NCBI GenBank assembly: GCA_024679065.1
Contig: JAGIQG010000001.1
Coordinates: 117,986,001 to 118,050,000 of the forward strand
From: Sphyrna mokarran
Lineage: Eukaryota
Direction of reading: 5' to 3'
Length of the DNA: 64,000 nt
Below the pieces are notes generated by a model. That model saw only the letters and a list, made by a program, of their open reading frames with translations, had not been told where the DNA came from and searched no databases. Numbering within the stretch: position 1 is the stretch's first letter; every line of letters begins with the position of its first letter. This document shows, in pieces, positions 1 to 12,390 of the stretch. Position numbers and translations under genes: made by a program.

Positions 1-217
1 ACTGGCAGATTCTCTTTGGGACTGGCTGAATAACATAGGAAGCTGGAGTCTGGTACATTGTGTGCTCTATATCACTTATTGAAATGTTGAGCAAGTGTTT
101 AAAATATGTACAAATAATGTTTTGATTTCAACAATTTATTTGAATATAATTTAAAAATGCAAGTTTAAACTTTTGGAAAATTTATTATGTCTCAGATGTC
201 ACCAACTTCAGTCTTAC

Positions 218-223
218 CAATCA
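218..223 (-). CDS. ANK2: Candidate 6-nt microexon TGATTG (G-D-TGx)
   Basis: cttaat branch-like motif, tract ctctgtctctttctttgcaaag (UGC next to the AG), donor TTG|gtaaga; symmetric phase 2-2 after the ...IHSG exon. Confidence 0.55.
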
Positions 224-736
224 CTTTGCAAAGAAAGAGACAGAGATTAAGTGGTTAAAGTGGCAAATGTGAGAAAGTATACTAAATGGGATAGATAGTG
301 TATGGAAATTCTGCATTGGTATGAGGGGTGAAGTAGGGGCCTCACCTGAAGGACAAATGTGAGCCCAAAGCCAAAGTGGTACTTTCCATCTGCCTGCTCC
401 ATGTGAATGAAGAGCCCTCTTGCTAAGCCTGTCCAATCGCCAGCCCTAAAACCTATATATCTCTCCAGTAAGCTACTTAGAGTGCATGGAATAAGATTAT
501 GAAAAATTATTAGGCCTTGAAGATATGCAAAAATAAAGTAATTTAAGGATGAAGCTTTTTTAAAAGCTAATTACTTAAATGTGAAAAATGCAAAATTAAA
601 ATGCATTTTAAAAGTCCTTGAATAGTGATATATTCCCAGTAAACGCAGGCTATCACATGCTATTTCCCAGCTCCCCTGCAAACACATGCACTCCCCTTTC
701 TTCTCTGTACTTGCCAGATATATTTATAAATCTCAC

Positions 737-828
737 CCTGAATGGATTGGACTGGAAGAAAGAGCCACATTGTCCAAGTTCTCTACTTCCCATGTTGAGT
801 CCTTGTCAGGGCCTTTAGCCAGAGCAAC
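737..828 (-). CDS. ANK2: ANK2 exon, 92 nt, end of linker (VALAKGPDKDSTWEVENLDNVALSSSPIHS-G)
   Basis: Manual translation. Acceptor ttgaaattgcag, donor AGG|gtgaga, phase 0-2; ENLDNVALSSSPIHSG motif. Confidence 0.94.
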
Positions 829-1300
829 CTGCAATTTCAAAGAAAAACATGTAATTATTGATGAAACTGTTTCTATAATTAAAGTCTGAACTATGACACA
901 TGCTTAAAATAATTTATTGATAATATTCAGTTTCAAAACATATGGAAATGTAAATGGATGCATATTGTGAACTTCTCATTCTAAGTACATATTAAAAATC
1001 TTACCAATGAAAACCAATTAATACTGAATTTGTCTTATATTTTATAGCAAAACACAATTCACAAGTGCTACTTTATCCCTTAGCTTTTCAATCTTAAATG
1101 AAGAAAGTAACAAACACGTTGTCCAAGAGCAATTCTTGAATAAAACTGAAAAAATAATTCTTATCAGATGTACAGCAAAGAGGAGTCTTATTTTTATTAG
1201 TGAAAATACTGCATGTAGTTTAATAATTGCCAAGGGAAATCTATGCATTAAAATCGCAAATGTGCTGTTCAAACTGTATCAAAGATGCAATTTTGCATAC

Positions 1301-1403
1301 CTGGCTACTTGTAGCTGTGATTAATTCTTCAATCATGGCACTGTCCCTCTGGTATGGGCCATGGCTTGGTGTGTTGGACCTGTCTGAACTGAAGGATCGC
1401 AGG
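1301..1403 (-). CDS. ANK2: ANK2 exon, 103 nt, linker ((S)LRSFSSDRSNTPSHGPYQRDSAMIEELITATSSQ)
   Basis: Acceptor acccatcag, donor CAG|gtatgc, phase 2-0; LRSFSSDRS motif; ORF 1241..1504. Confidence 0.93.
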
Positions 1404-4069
1404 CTGATGGGTTGGCCGGTTGCAATGGAAATGCAGCAGCATAAAGGTGATATAATGGGATGAGCAGGAGAGTGAAGAAAGCATGCTATTAGCATATTAT
1501 GCAACTTCCAGGGGATTGGGAGTTAATAAATAAAAATAAAGTAGGGCCAATGGCAGCATTCATTAAATTCAAGGGACAAAATATTCAATCCCTAACTAGT
1601 TCAAAAAGTCAAAATAAAAAGTCTCCACAAACCAGTTTAATAAAATGATGGAGCATTTAAATTGAGTGAAAAATAAATACTGATTTCCTCTATATTAAAT
1701 GCTTATACAATTATGGTATATTTTGCTTTTGTTTCTATCAGAGGAATCAAGATATTGTAAAAGTGAATGTGGAATGACTGAAGAATCAGACTATTTTCTA
1801 TGTGGCATTATCTAACACAAAGCCATCACTGTGCATCAAATGGAGTTAGCACTTCCTGTACTTGAAGATAATGCTTTAATTATTCAAACTATGACAGATG
1901 TAAAAAATCTGAAGACTTTAAAGGGAATGTTAAAAATCAAGCCCAAGAATCCCAAGGTGGTAATGAGAAAACTTGCATCTGGCTTTATATAAAGCTGTTC
2001 AGCAATGTAAGCACTGATCATTCTGTGCAAACCCCTGGAAGGTACATTGAGGCAAACAGTGGTCAGTCACATAAATCTCACAGTAATGTGACTACATTGT
2101 GTTCCAAAAGGCCTGCAGAAGCTGTTATTAATTATAAGCAGATTTCAATGAGTGCAGTTATAACTATGTTCAACCCTTTAAGTTAACACAGGTCTACTTA
2201 AGTCACATTAGAAAGAGGTCAAGTAACATCAGACATTAAAATAAGAAACCACATAAGTTTATCAAGTTGAATTGCTCACAATGACTCACAACGAGTTCCA
2301 ATATCATATGATGCGTACTAAAAAAAACATGGGCTGAGATTTTCGCCACAATGCACAGGGTCTTCTGTCCTGTCCTAAAACATGGCACTTCCCATATTTG
2401 CAGGGGTGAAATTGCAGTCAGATGAATTTGGGTACGCACAATTCGCAAGTCATTTGGGAGGGGTAAAGATAACAGGTAGAGGGTGGGGAGCATGGATGAC
2501 ATGAGTTGGCACTAAGTTAGCTTGGAGGGTATGGGGCAATGGGAGCAGCTAGAGGGGTATGGGTTGGCTGACAGAGTGATGGGGTTAGAGAGGATAATGA
2601 TTTTGCATAGTTTGGCATGGATAGAGGATAGCAAATGCATGGTGGTGTGAGTGCTAGAGGGATAATTTTATTTTACTTTTGTTAATTTTCAAAACTGTGC
2701 TGAGCTTCGCACCCAAACTGCCTCAGCTCTTAGCAATTACCATGCTCATTCCAGGGTCATCTGCCCCCACACCTATTTCAGCCTACTTTCTCCAACCAAA
2801 AAATTCAACTGTGGGCAGCCAATTTTAAAGGTCAGGTTCACCAAGCCGGGGAATCTCCCAACTTGATGAATCTAATCCTAGGATGAAAATCCAAGCCTTG
2901 AAGTAAGAAAGGAATCAAATGAGCCAGTTTCAATCAAAAGATAGGAGGAGGCTAGTGTAATAATGTGCCAGGGAAGCCCACTTTAAGTAGCAGTGCATTC
3001 AAGCGATAATTACATATGTTTCTTGGGGTGGAGGAATTGAGTGCTATTTTAAGGAGGAAGGCAGCTAACATTGAGATGAATTAAAAATGGACAAATGTAT
3101 TGGGCCCAATAACTATTTTCTCATTTTCAAAAGTTCTTAGGTCCCTATTTTATCTTCAGTGTCTCTGTCTTGTTGCTCGCCTTTCCTTTAGCCATATGTT
3201 TTTGCTTTTTTAATCCATCTCTGTCCTTTCACCTTCCTTCTGGTGCGTACTCATTATTCACTTGGAAAATTTCCCTGTGTTTGAAATGCGCTACAGTAAT
3301 ATAAGTAGTTTCTGTCACTTAATACAGTCAACATTTTAGTAATAAGTTTTATTTCAGTATAATAATACCGTTTATAACTCACATACTGTAGAACGTAATT
3401 TATAACTTTGGTATTGGTTGAGGAGCCACCTTGCTTTATTTCCATCCTGAACTGCATTTTCAACTCTGAATAACTGAATGGGATATGTTGGCTCTTCCCA
3501 CCGGCAAGATCTTTTGGTCCCGCCGAAGGCAAACCCCCACCATGGGTTTCCTGGGGAGTGGATTCAATGGGAAATCCAATTGGCAATGGTGGAACCAGAA
3601 AATTCCATCATTGCAAATGGTGGGCTGCCTACTGCAGCTGAAAAAACACGCTGCAGAAGGACTAGAAAACTCACCCACTGACTTTGCAGTTATTGACAGA
3701 AGTGTGCCCTCTTGCTGCATCTACTTTTTCATAATTTTCTGCCCCTTTACTCACACACATTTTCAGGGTATTGTATACATGTTGGAGCATGATTCTATGG
3801 ATACTCACAGTGCTTCAGTTCCACACCTAAGTCAGCTTATTTCATGTTTGAGCTGTATATGGGTATCAGTGTGCCATTCTGGAAGACACCATGGCTGAAC
3901 CCAATCCTCTCACATGATATGGATATCACTGAACATGGGACCAAACCAACAGTCTGGAGACCTGGGTTCAAATGAAATACAACGATGCATCCAACTCAGC
4001 GCAGAGTGGAAAATCTTACTGAGAATTTGGGCCAGATTTTGTCACCCTGACACAAGATAAATATGCAAA

Positions 4070-5000
4070 CTAGGATCATAAGCAGGCTACTCAGCCTTTT
4101 ACATATGGCCCACCTTTAAGTAAGATTGAGATTGATCTGTTTTGTTTTAAATTCCGCATTCCTATTTACCCCCGATAAATTTTGATTCCCTTATCTAACA
4201 AGGATCAATCTACCTCTGCCTTAAAAACATTCAATAATACTGCCTCCTCAAACAAAGAGTTCAAAGTTCACATCCCTTAGAAAAAATTTTCTTAGTCCCT
4301 GTCTTAAAAGGGCAACTCAATTTTGCCACATCCACCTCATTGAAATGTTTTAGGATCGTATATACTTCAACCATGCTGCCCCTCCCTCTCCGAAGTATTA
4401 GTGAAATGAGCCCAGTCTGTCCAATCTTTCCTCATAAGACAATTATTCGAGGTTTCAGTCCAGTGAACCTTCTCTGAACAGCCTACAATGCATTTATATC
4501 CTTCCTTAATAAGGAGACCAAAACTGCACACAATGTTAGAGATATGGTCTCAAATGTCCTCAATCATCATAGAACTCTACAGTGCAGAAAGAGGCTCTTC
4601 AGCCCATCGAGTCTGCATTGAACACAATCCCACACAGGCCCTACCCCCATATTCCTACATATTATACCCACTAATCCCTTTAACCTACACATCTCTAGAT
4701 ACTAAGGGGCAATTTCTTAGCATGGTCAATCAACCTAACCCACACATCTTTGGACTGTGGGAGGAAACTGGAGCACCTGGAGGAAACCCACGCAGACACG
4801 AGAAGAATGTGCAAACTCCACACAGACAGTGACCCGAGCGGGGAATCGAACCCAGGATCCTGGAACTGTGAAGCAGCAGTGCTAACCACTGTGCTACTGT
4901 GTCGCCCCTGTATAACTGAACATAGTATGCTTACTTTTATGGTCAATTACATTCATAATAAAGGATAGCATTCACCTTAATTAATTAACGTACCTGTGTA
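4070..5000 (-). mobile_element. Old CR1-type LINE 3' fragment, interrupted by a V-SINE
   Basis: Degenerate reverse complement of the CR1 RT C-terminus/3'UTR (e.g. ccttccttaataaggagaccaaaactgcacaca), similar to the better-preserved copies in this window. Confidence 0.6.
4562..4907 (-). mobile_element. V-SINE (HE1-like), near full length, CR1-like tail
   Basis: Minus strand: tRNA-like head (ggttagcac...gggttcgattcc B box), V-domain gtgtggagtttgcacattct...gggtttcctcc, tail ending in tctatga-type repeats. Confidence 0.85.
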
Positions 5001-5347
5001 CTAGACATATACTAGAGTACCTAAATCCTTACAATGGATCAGGGGAAAGAGGCAGGAAAAACTGGAAGTCTGAAACTCAGACCTAATTCCTGCCAGAGTC
5101 ACTATTTTGATAAGAATGGGAGACATGAGGGTCATAATCCAATGTGCATGAAATAGGCATTAAGACTTCCATACTGTTGCCTACCTCATGTTTGCACCTT
5201 ATTGTATTTGACATTTGTAATGAGGATGGGGGGTTTCTGAAACCTGTGTGCATCATGTCAGGTCAGTGCGTTCATGAATCACGTAGGAAGCCTGTTCTGG
5301 AATTCGAAACATTTTAACAGGAAGGTTTAAAAGTTGTTGGCAACTTT

Positions 5348-7760
5348 ACATAAGAACATAAGAAGTAGGAGCAGGAGTAGACCATCTAGCTCTTTGAACT
5401 TGCCCTGACATTCAATAAGATCATGGCTGATCTGAAGTGGATCAGTTCCACTTTCCTGCCTGCTCCCATTACCCTTAATTCCTTTATCTACATACCCGTG
5501 ATTGAAACATATTCAACGAGGTAGCCTCCACCACTTCAATGGGCAGAGAATTCCAGAGATTCACCACCCTCTGAAAGAAGAAGTTCCTCCTCAACTATGT
5601 TCTAAATAGCTTATTTTGCGGCTGTGTCCTCTAGTTCTGGTTTCCTTTCTAAGTAGAAAGAATCTCTCTACCTTTACCCTATTTGGCTCCTTCATTATCT
5701 TGTAAGTCTCTATAAGAGCACCCCCTCAGCCCTCTAAACTGCAACGAGTACAGTCCAGTCTATTTAATCTCTTCTCATAAGCTAACCCCCTCATCTCTGG
5801 TATCAGCCTGGTGAACTTTCTCTGTACTCCCTTCAAGGCCAATACATTCTTTCATAAATGAGTGGACCAAAACTGCACACAATACTCCAGTTACAGCCTC
5901 ACCAGTGCCTTGTACAGTGAGACCTCCCTGCTTTTATATTCCATACCCCTCGCTTTAAAGGCCAATATTCCATTCGCCTTCTTGATCACCTGCTGCACCT
6001 GCAGACTAAGTTTTTGCGATTCGTGCACAAGGACCTCCAAGTCCCTCTGCACAGAAGCATGCTGCAACTTTTCACCACTTAAATAATATTCTATCCTATT
6101 ATTTCTTCCAAAGTGGATAACCTCACATTTGCTAACATTATACTCCATCTTCCAGATCCTCACCCACTCACTCAGCCTATCCAGATCTCTCTGCAGACTT
6201 TCCGCATCCTCCACGCAATTTTGTTACCTACACTCAGCCCCCTCCTCCAGATCGTCTATGTACATGGTAAACAGTTGAGGCCCCAGCACCGATCCCTGCG
6301 GCATACCACTAGTCACCAACTGCCAACCAGAAAAGCACCCATTTATTCCAACTCTCTGCTTCCTGTTAAATAGCCAAACCTCAATCCACACTAACACTTT
6401 ACCCCCAACTCCATGTACCTTAACGTTCTGCAGCAACCTTTTGTGAGGCACCTTATCAAATGCCTTCTGGAAATCTAAAAACTCCACATCCACCGGTTCT
6501 CCTCTGTCTACCGCACTAGTCACATCTTCATAAAAATCCAGTAAATTCATCACACATGACTTTCCCTTCATAAATCCATGCTACGTCTGCTTGATCGAAC
6601 TGTTCTTTTCTAGGTGTCCTGTTATTTCTTCTTTAATGATGGATTCTAATACTTTCCCAACTACGGACGTTAAGCTAACCGGCCTGTAATTACCCACCTT
6701 TTGTCTGCCACCTTTTTTAAACATAGGCATAACAGTAGGTAATTTCCAATCTGCCGGCCCTTCCCCAGAGTCCAGCGAATTTTGCTAAATAACTACTAAT
6801 GCATCTGCTATTACTTCTGCCATTTCTTTCAGAACCCTGGGATGGATTTCATCCGGTCCCGCTGACTTATCTACCTTCAGTCCTGTTAGTCTACCAAGCA
6901 CTACCTCTCTGGTAACGTAATTGTATTAAGGACCTCTTGTCCCACCAACCCTCTATCTTTAATATTCAGTAAGCTATTTGTGTCCTCCTCTGTGAAGACT
7001 GACACAAAAAACTTATTTAAAGTCTTAGCCATTTCCTCGTTTCCCACCATTAAATCCCCCCTCTTGTCCTCCAAGCGTCCAGCGTTCACTCTAGCCATTC
7101 TCTTCTTCTTTATATATTTGTAAAAACTTTTACTATCATTTTTTACATTTGGAGCTAGTTTAGTTTCATACCCTACCTTTCCTTTATCGCTTTCTTAGTC
7201 ATTCTTTGCTGTTTTTGAAATCTTTCCTAATCTTCTAATTGCCCACTATTTTTAGTTGCTCTGTACACATTGGTTTTTAATTTAATACTCTCCTATATTT
7301 CCTTTGATATCCACGGCTGATTATCCCTTTTCTTACAGTCCTTCTTTATCACCGGAATATATTTCTGCTCAGTACTGAAAAAGATCTCCTTAAAAATCCT
7401 CCACTGTTCCTCAGGTGTCCTATCAACCAGTCTGCTTCCCCAATCGACATTAGCCAATTGCACTCTCATCTTATCATATTCCCCTCTGTTCAAGCAGAGG
7501 ACACTGGTCTGGGACCCTACTTTCTCAGCCTCCATCTGTATCAGAAATTCAATCATATTGTGATCACTCGTCCCAAGAGGATCACTCACAAGAAGATCCC
7601 TAATTCTACCTGCCTTGTCACACAGTACCAGATCTAAGATAACTCGCTCCCTTGTAGGTTCTGTAACATACTGTTCAAGGAAACTATCCCAACAGCATTC
7701 CAAGAGCTCCATCTCAAACCCACTGTGCCCGACTTGAGTCAACCAATTAATGTGCAGGTT
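5348..7760 (-). mobile_element. CR1 LINE, 5'-truncated and frameshifted (end of APE domain, RT, 3' tail)
   Basis: ORF pieces [56 protein letters not shown]; 3' terminus (ttcttatg)n. Confidence 0.92.
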
Positions 7761-10700
7761 AACATGTCAAAATGAAATGCTGTATGGTAATTTAAGTATA
7801 TTTTTAATACAACGATTGATGATAAAGTTCTGTTTTTAAATGGCAAGCGACCAATACATTGACCAGCATTGCGAAAATACTGTTACATTAGAACACATTA
7901 TTCATTGGTTAAAGCGTTCCTCTGCATTCAAAAGTTTTGACATACAAATTTTAGTGTCTCATTTGGACCCTGTGATTTTATTTGCATTGAGTCAGAGCTC
8001 AGCGATCTGTTGAATCTTGTAACTGGCTGACCAGATTGCTGTCTTTTTTGGTTGAAGGCCAGCTATCTATTGAGCCTTTGAAACAATGGAACCATGGATT
8101 TTGAATTGTTGCATTTTGTTTAATAGTCTCACAAGCATTTCAAATACTTCACATTGTTATCACTGGGCTCATGAATTCTGTCCATAGTGAATAGTAGGTG
8201 AGTGGGTATGGAAAGCATGAAAGGGGGATATGAAGGAAATGGAGTTATCAAGAAGGCATGGGGCTGAGAAAGTTGGTGAGATTGAGGGCAGTGAGAGGTG
8301 AGGTCCTGGTGAGCAGATGTGTGCCTTCTAACCTGCTTGCCTTGGATTCCATTTACCTCTATTCCAGCTTCAGGTCTGTTTCTGGAGGCAGTGGATCTGA
8401 CTCCAAGGTCATCTCCATCATCTCACCATGAAGATAGCATGGATATGCACTGTCAATTGGGAGATGGGATCCTGACATTGGGAAATGGTCCGACTTGTGA
8501 TTCCTGCCTCAAGGGGAAAATATGGCAGCTTCTATTCATAATAACTTACCATCATCAGGAATACCTTTAATAGTACACATGGGAACAGTGTTTAAAAACT
8601 GTTCAAATATATTGAGAACTGCTTTGGAAGCTCTAACAATCATAATTATTCCGTCAGGGTATTACACATCAATATTTCACAAAATGCACAGAATTTCCAG
8701 TACAGAAACAAACTATACAGCCCAACTGATGTCCATGCTCCACATCAATTGCCGTCCACTCTAATTCACTTAACCCTATCAGCATAATTTTTAATTCCTT
8801 TTTCCACAATACATTTATCCAGTTTCTCCTTAAATGCATCTATGCTATTCACTTTAACTATTCCTTATGATAGAAAAGTCTATATTCTAACCCGCTATCT
8901 GGATAAAAGATATCTCGCCTGAATTCTTATTGTATGTTTTAGTGATTATCCTACACTTATGAGCTCTAATTCTAGATCCCCAAAAGTGGAAACATTTTCT
9001 CTACATCTCCTGTTCTATATATCTCCTGTTCTAGAGTATTGCAAAAATATCCTGAAGGGCAATTTTCTTTTTTAGTGCCTGCTGAAATTAATTAAACAAT
9101 TGTTCTATAAAGGGAAGGTAACTTGCCAGATTACCTGCCAGAAAGTGAAGCAAATTACATTTCCTACTTTTAGATTGGATTTCATTCCAATGAAAAAAAA
9201 GGATTACATTTGGCCAAAGGTAATGTTTCTGAGGGTTTACAGTACTGTTTTAAGCTTTTACAACACATGATTTGTAAAACACTAATTCAGCTGATGATCA
9301 GCCAAGTTACATTGTTCTGACTGCCACATAATTGTTTTTTTGACAGCCATTAGTGTCCACTCTGACATAACAAGCCACTTCATTTGTCAATTCATGCTTA
9401 TACTTTTATTAAATTCAAATTTTAATGTGAAAGGATGTTTTCTCATCTAATATAGAAATGTTATTTCAGACACTAAGAAATATGATTGCATCTAATAATT
9501 CTGAGAAATGGGGACGTTTGGAGAAAATATTTTTGATTGACAGTGCATTCTGATTTGATAGAGGCAAATATTATCAAGAGATTTATACTTCGATTTTCTT
9601 TTTTTAGGAAGAAGTTTTCTTACTTCAATGGGGATTATTCCCTTGTGTTGAATTTCCCTGCTAGGCAAATCCAGTGAGATCACCATATTAGCATTCCCAG
9701 ACATCCTACAAGAGGAAACAGCGGAGTCTGCAACTTAAAGTACTTTCAGGATCCCTTAACTTCAGGGAACCATACTAGCCTTGGGGAATGCAAAATGCAT
9801 GAACTTCTGGGTCTAGACAGCTAGCTCTCAAGCCTATTTGAAGTCAACTTGACCACTGGATGTAGAGCAAATGATTTCTGCGATATCACTGCAAACGACT
9901 ATCAGTAAAATTCTTTTTAAAAATTCATATACATTCCAATACCACTAACAATTTACTCTCTGAATTTGAATGGGTTTCAAGAAGGTACTGGTGTAGGAAG
10001 GGCTGAGTCAGAGGAGGCCCAAGAATTCTTTTGCTTTGCCAAACCCCAAGGAATCTCAGGAAGAATTATCATCTTACTTTTATTTACCATAGCCTTCTCT
10101 GGCCACTCTTCCACAGCCCACTGAGATTTTCTGGTGGTCTTGGGTGAGTGGCTCCATCAATTCGTCGTTAATATCACACCGTCAAACCGAAGGCAACATT
10201 CCCCTTACAGTATCCAAATACATCTTACAAAGAATTTTGAACCCAGTGTCCAATAGATCAGCTTACATCAGATTCAACAGTCAAATATACGTATCACATA
10301 TTTAGTCAAAATATCTAAAATAATCAAATCACAATCAATAATTTGTGCCATTGAAAGGCAAGTTTTTCTATTGTTTCTCTTTCGAATGAATTTTTTTGTT
10401 GACTCAACATTTGGGTTGAGATTACTTGTAATATTTCCACGTTACATTTACCTCGAGTGACTCAAGTACAAATGTGGTCTTAAAGGGTTAAGCATATGCA
10501 TTGCTCTTTCAAGTCTAAAGATAGCAAGTTTAGCAATGAAGATGTAAGGGAAAACTGAAGCTTTTCTCCCAGAGTTCTGTATTACCTTAATTTGGCAGCT
10601 AAATAAGTCAGAGCAACAAAACCTACGTGGTTGGATTCGATATACAGTCTATGTGACATGACAAAAGGTTATAAATGAATTCAAAAATCATAATGTAATC

Positions 10701-11389
10701 TTTTTCAAAGGATGTTACTAAAGCTTTTATAAAAAAAGTCATTATCTATAAAATAACATTCATAATTTCTATTAATCACAATATATTGCAATATCTAATC
10801 CTTCACAGGCAAGCAGTACCTCAGAGACAGCAGTAATAGCACAAACAGTAAAATAGGTGATCACAGTAAACAGTAAATAGATGTGACTGCTAGCAAAATG
10901 CAAAGAAAATCATATTTAGAATTTTTATAACAAATACCTGAAAGAGGAAAACAAATTGTGTCTCTGCAGCAAGAATGTATTCCTAAAAATATACACCCAG
11001 CAACCCACTGGCAGAGGAAGAAAAATATAAAATCATAATCAAGCTTCGACTCGCCTCCCCTATCCCACCCCTATTTTGTCAATCAGTGGTAGATTCCAGC
11101 TGAATAATCCAGGCTGCTGAATCTCAGGCCAGCAGTCACAAGAAAAAAGAAGCTAGTAATGGCAGCTGTTTCAGCATTATTATGGTCTCGTAGACCTAGC
11201 TTGGCGTGAGCAGCTTAGCAGTGAACGTAGGAAAACACCAAAGGAAAGCAATGCAGCCGTGAAAGCAGTTTCAGTGCACCAGATGAATGTCTCAAACCCC
11301 AGCCCCAAGCAGAATTCCATATCGGCAAGATTGGATGAAAGACACTGCCACAGCATTGTGACATTACTCTTGTGTCAAGGACCACCTAC

Positions 11390-11401
11390 CTGTTTACACC
11401 A
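11390..11401 (-). CDS. ANK2: Candidate 12-nt alternative microexon TGGTGTAAACAG (adds 4 aa: S-GVN-S)
   Basis: About 70-nt AG-free pyrimidine-rich tract ending ...ttcatatgcttccacatag, with UGC near the 3'SS. Strong donor CAG|gtaggt; symmetric phase 2-2, no stop. Confidence 0.75.
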
Positions 11402-11636
11402 CTATGTGGAAGCATATGAAAAGGAGAGGGAAAACAGTAACAATGAAGGGAGAAAGACAGAACAATGACAAAACTATGCTCTCTTTCACACCCACACATG
11501 CAGATGTACACAGAACAATATGTTAACACACAGACAAAAACTTCTAATGTAACATCAGAGTCATTCTTTTTATCACATTTATCAGAACAATTACAAGAAT
11601 TAGAAGGACATGGACTTATTTTATAAAGGAGCTCAC

Positions 11637-11666
11637 AGTATTGCGTCAGAAATGAACAACATTTTA
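11637..11666 (-). CDS. ANK2: Candidate 30-nt exon (S-KMLFISDAI-L)
   Basis: Long AG-free upstream region with actaat/ctaat branch-like motifs, acceptor tatgtcag, donor ACT|gtgagc, phase 2-2. Confidence 0.3.
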
Positions 11667-12174
11667 CTGACATATTGATAACAGTACATACACAATGAAT
11701 GAAGAAGAAAAAAATTAGATGTTTAATTAGTTAAAGACATGATTAGCAACTGGAACGAGTAATATCCATTGCCTCTTAATTTTACATGCAGCTTGGCTCC
11801 ATGCCAAATGCAAAACAGGACACTTCTTACAATTCTCTTCCCAATAAATGTTAAAGCAATTAATTATTTTGAGTTGAGTATTTTCTCCACGTATTTATTT
11901 TTTCCACATTATAATAGGCAAATTTCTTCGAATACTTATCAATGCCACTGAAATCTGGCCCAGAAATGGCTAAGAGTGACTTTCCTTTCACTTTTTCACC
12001 TCTTCCAATGAGGAACTGTTTAGCTCCTAATTTCTTCTTTTACCCAACAGTAACAAATTATCTGCACAAATATTTTTGCATTTTGCATACTTAGATGTGC
12101 CAAAATCCTTCACAACCATCTGATTACTTTTGAAGCGTGTCATTACATTAGCCGTGTTGATAACCTGCACCCAG

Positions 12175-12390
12175 GTGGCTGTGCAGCTGGTTTGTGAGGC
12201 AGAACGATGCCAACAGTGCAGGTTCAATTCCCATATTGGCTGAGGTTATTTACAAAGGCTCATCTTTTCAATTTTATCCCTTGCCTGAAGTGTGGTGACC
12301 CTCAGGTTAAATCACCACAGTCAACTCTCTCTCTCTCTCACACAAAGGGGAAAGCAGTATATGGGTCCTGTGGGAGGATCGAATATTTAC
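12175..12390 (+). mobile_element. Probable tRNA-derived SINE remnant
   Basis: B-box-like ggttcaattccc and an internal (ct)n run; family not identified. Confidence 0.4.

Noticed and set aside
3254-3898. Overlapping 67-137-aa ORFs
   Set aside because: They overlap a short GC-richer repeat-like segment and show no coding motifs.
4830-4907. tRNA-like A/B boxes
   Set aside because: Head of a V-SINE, not a tRNA gene.
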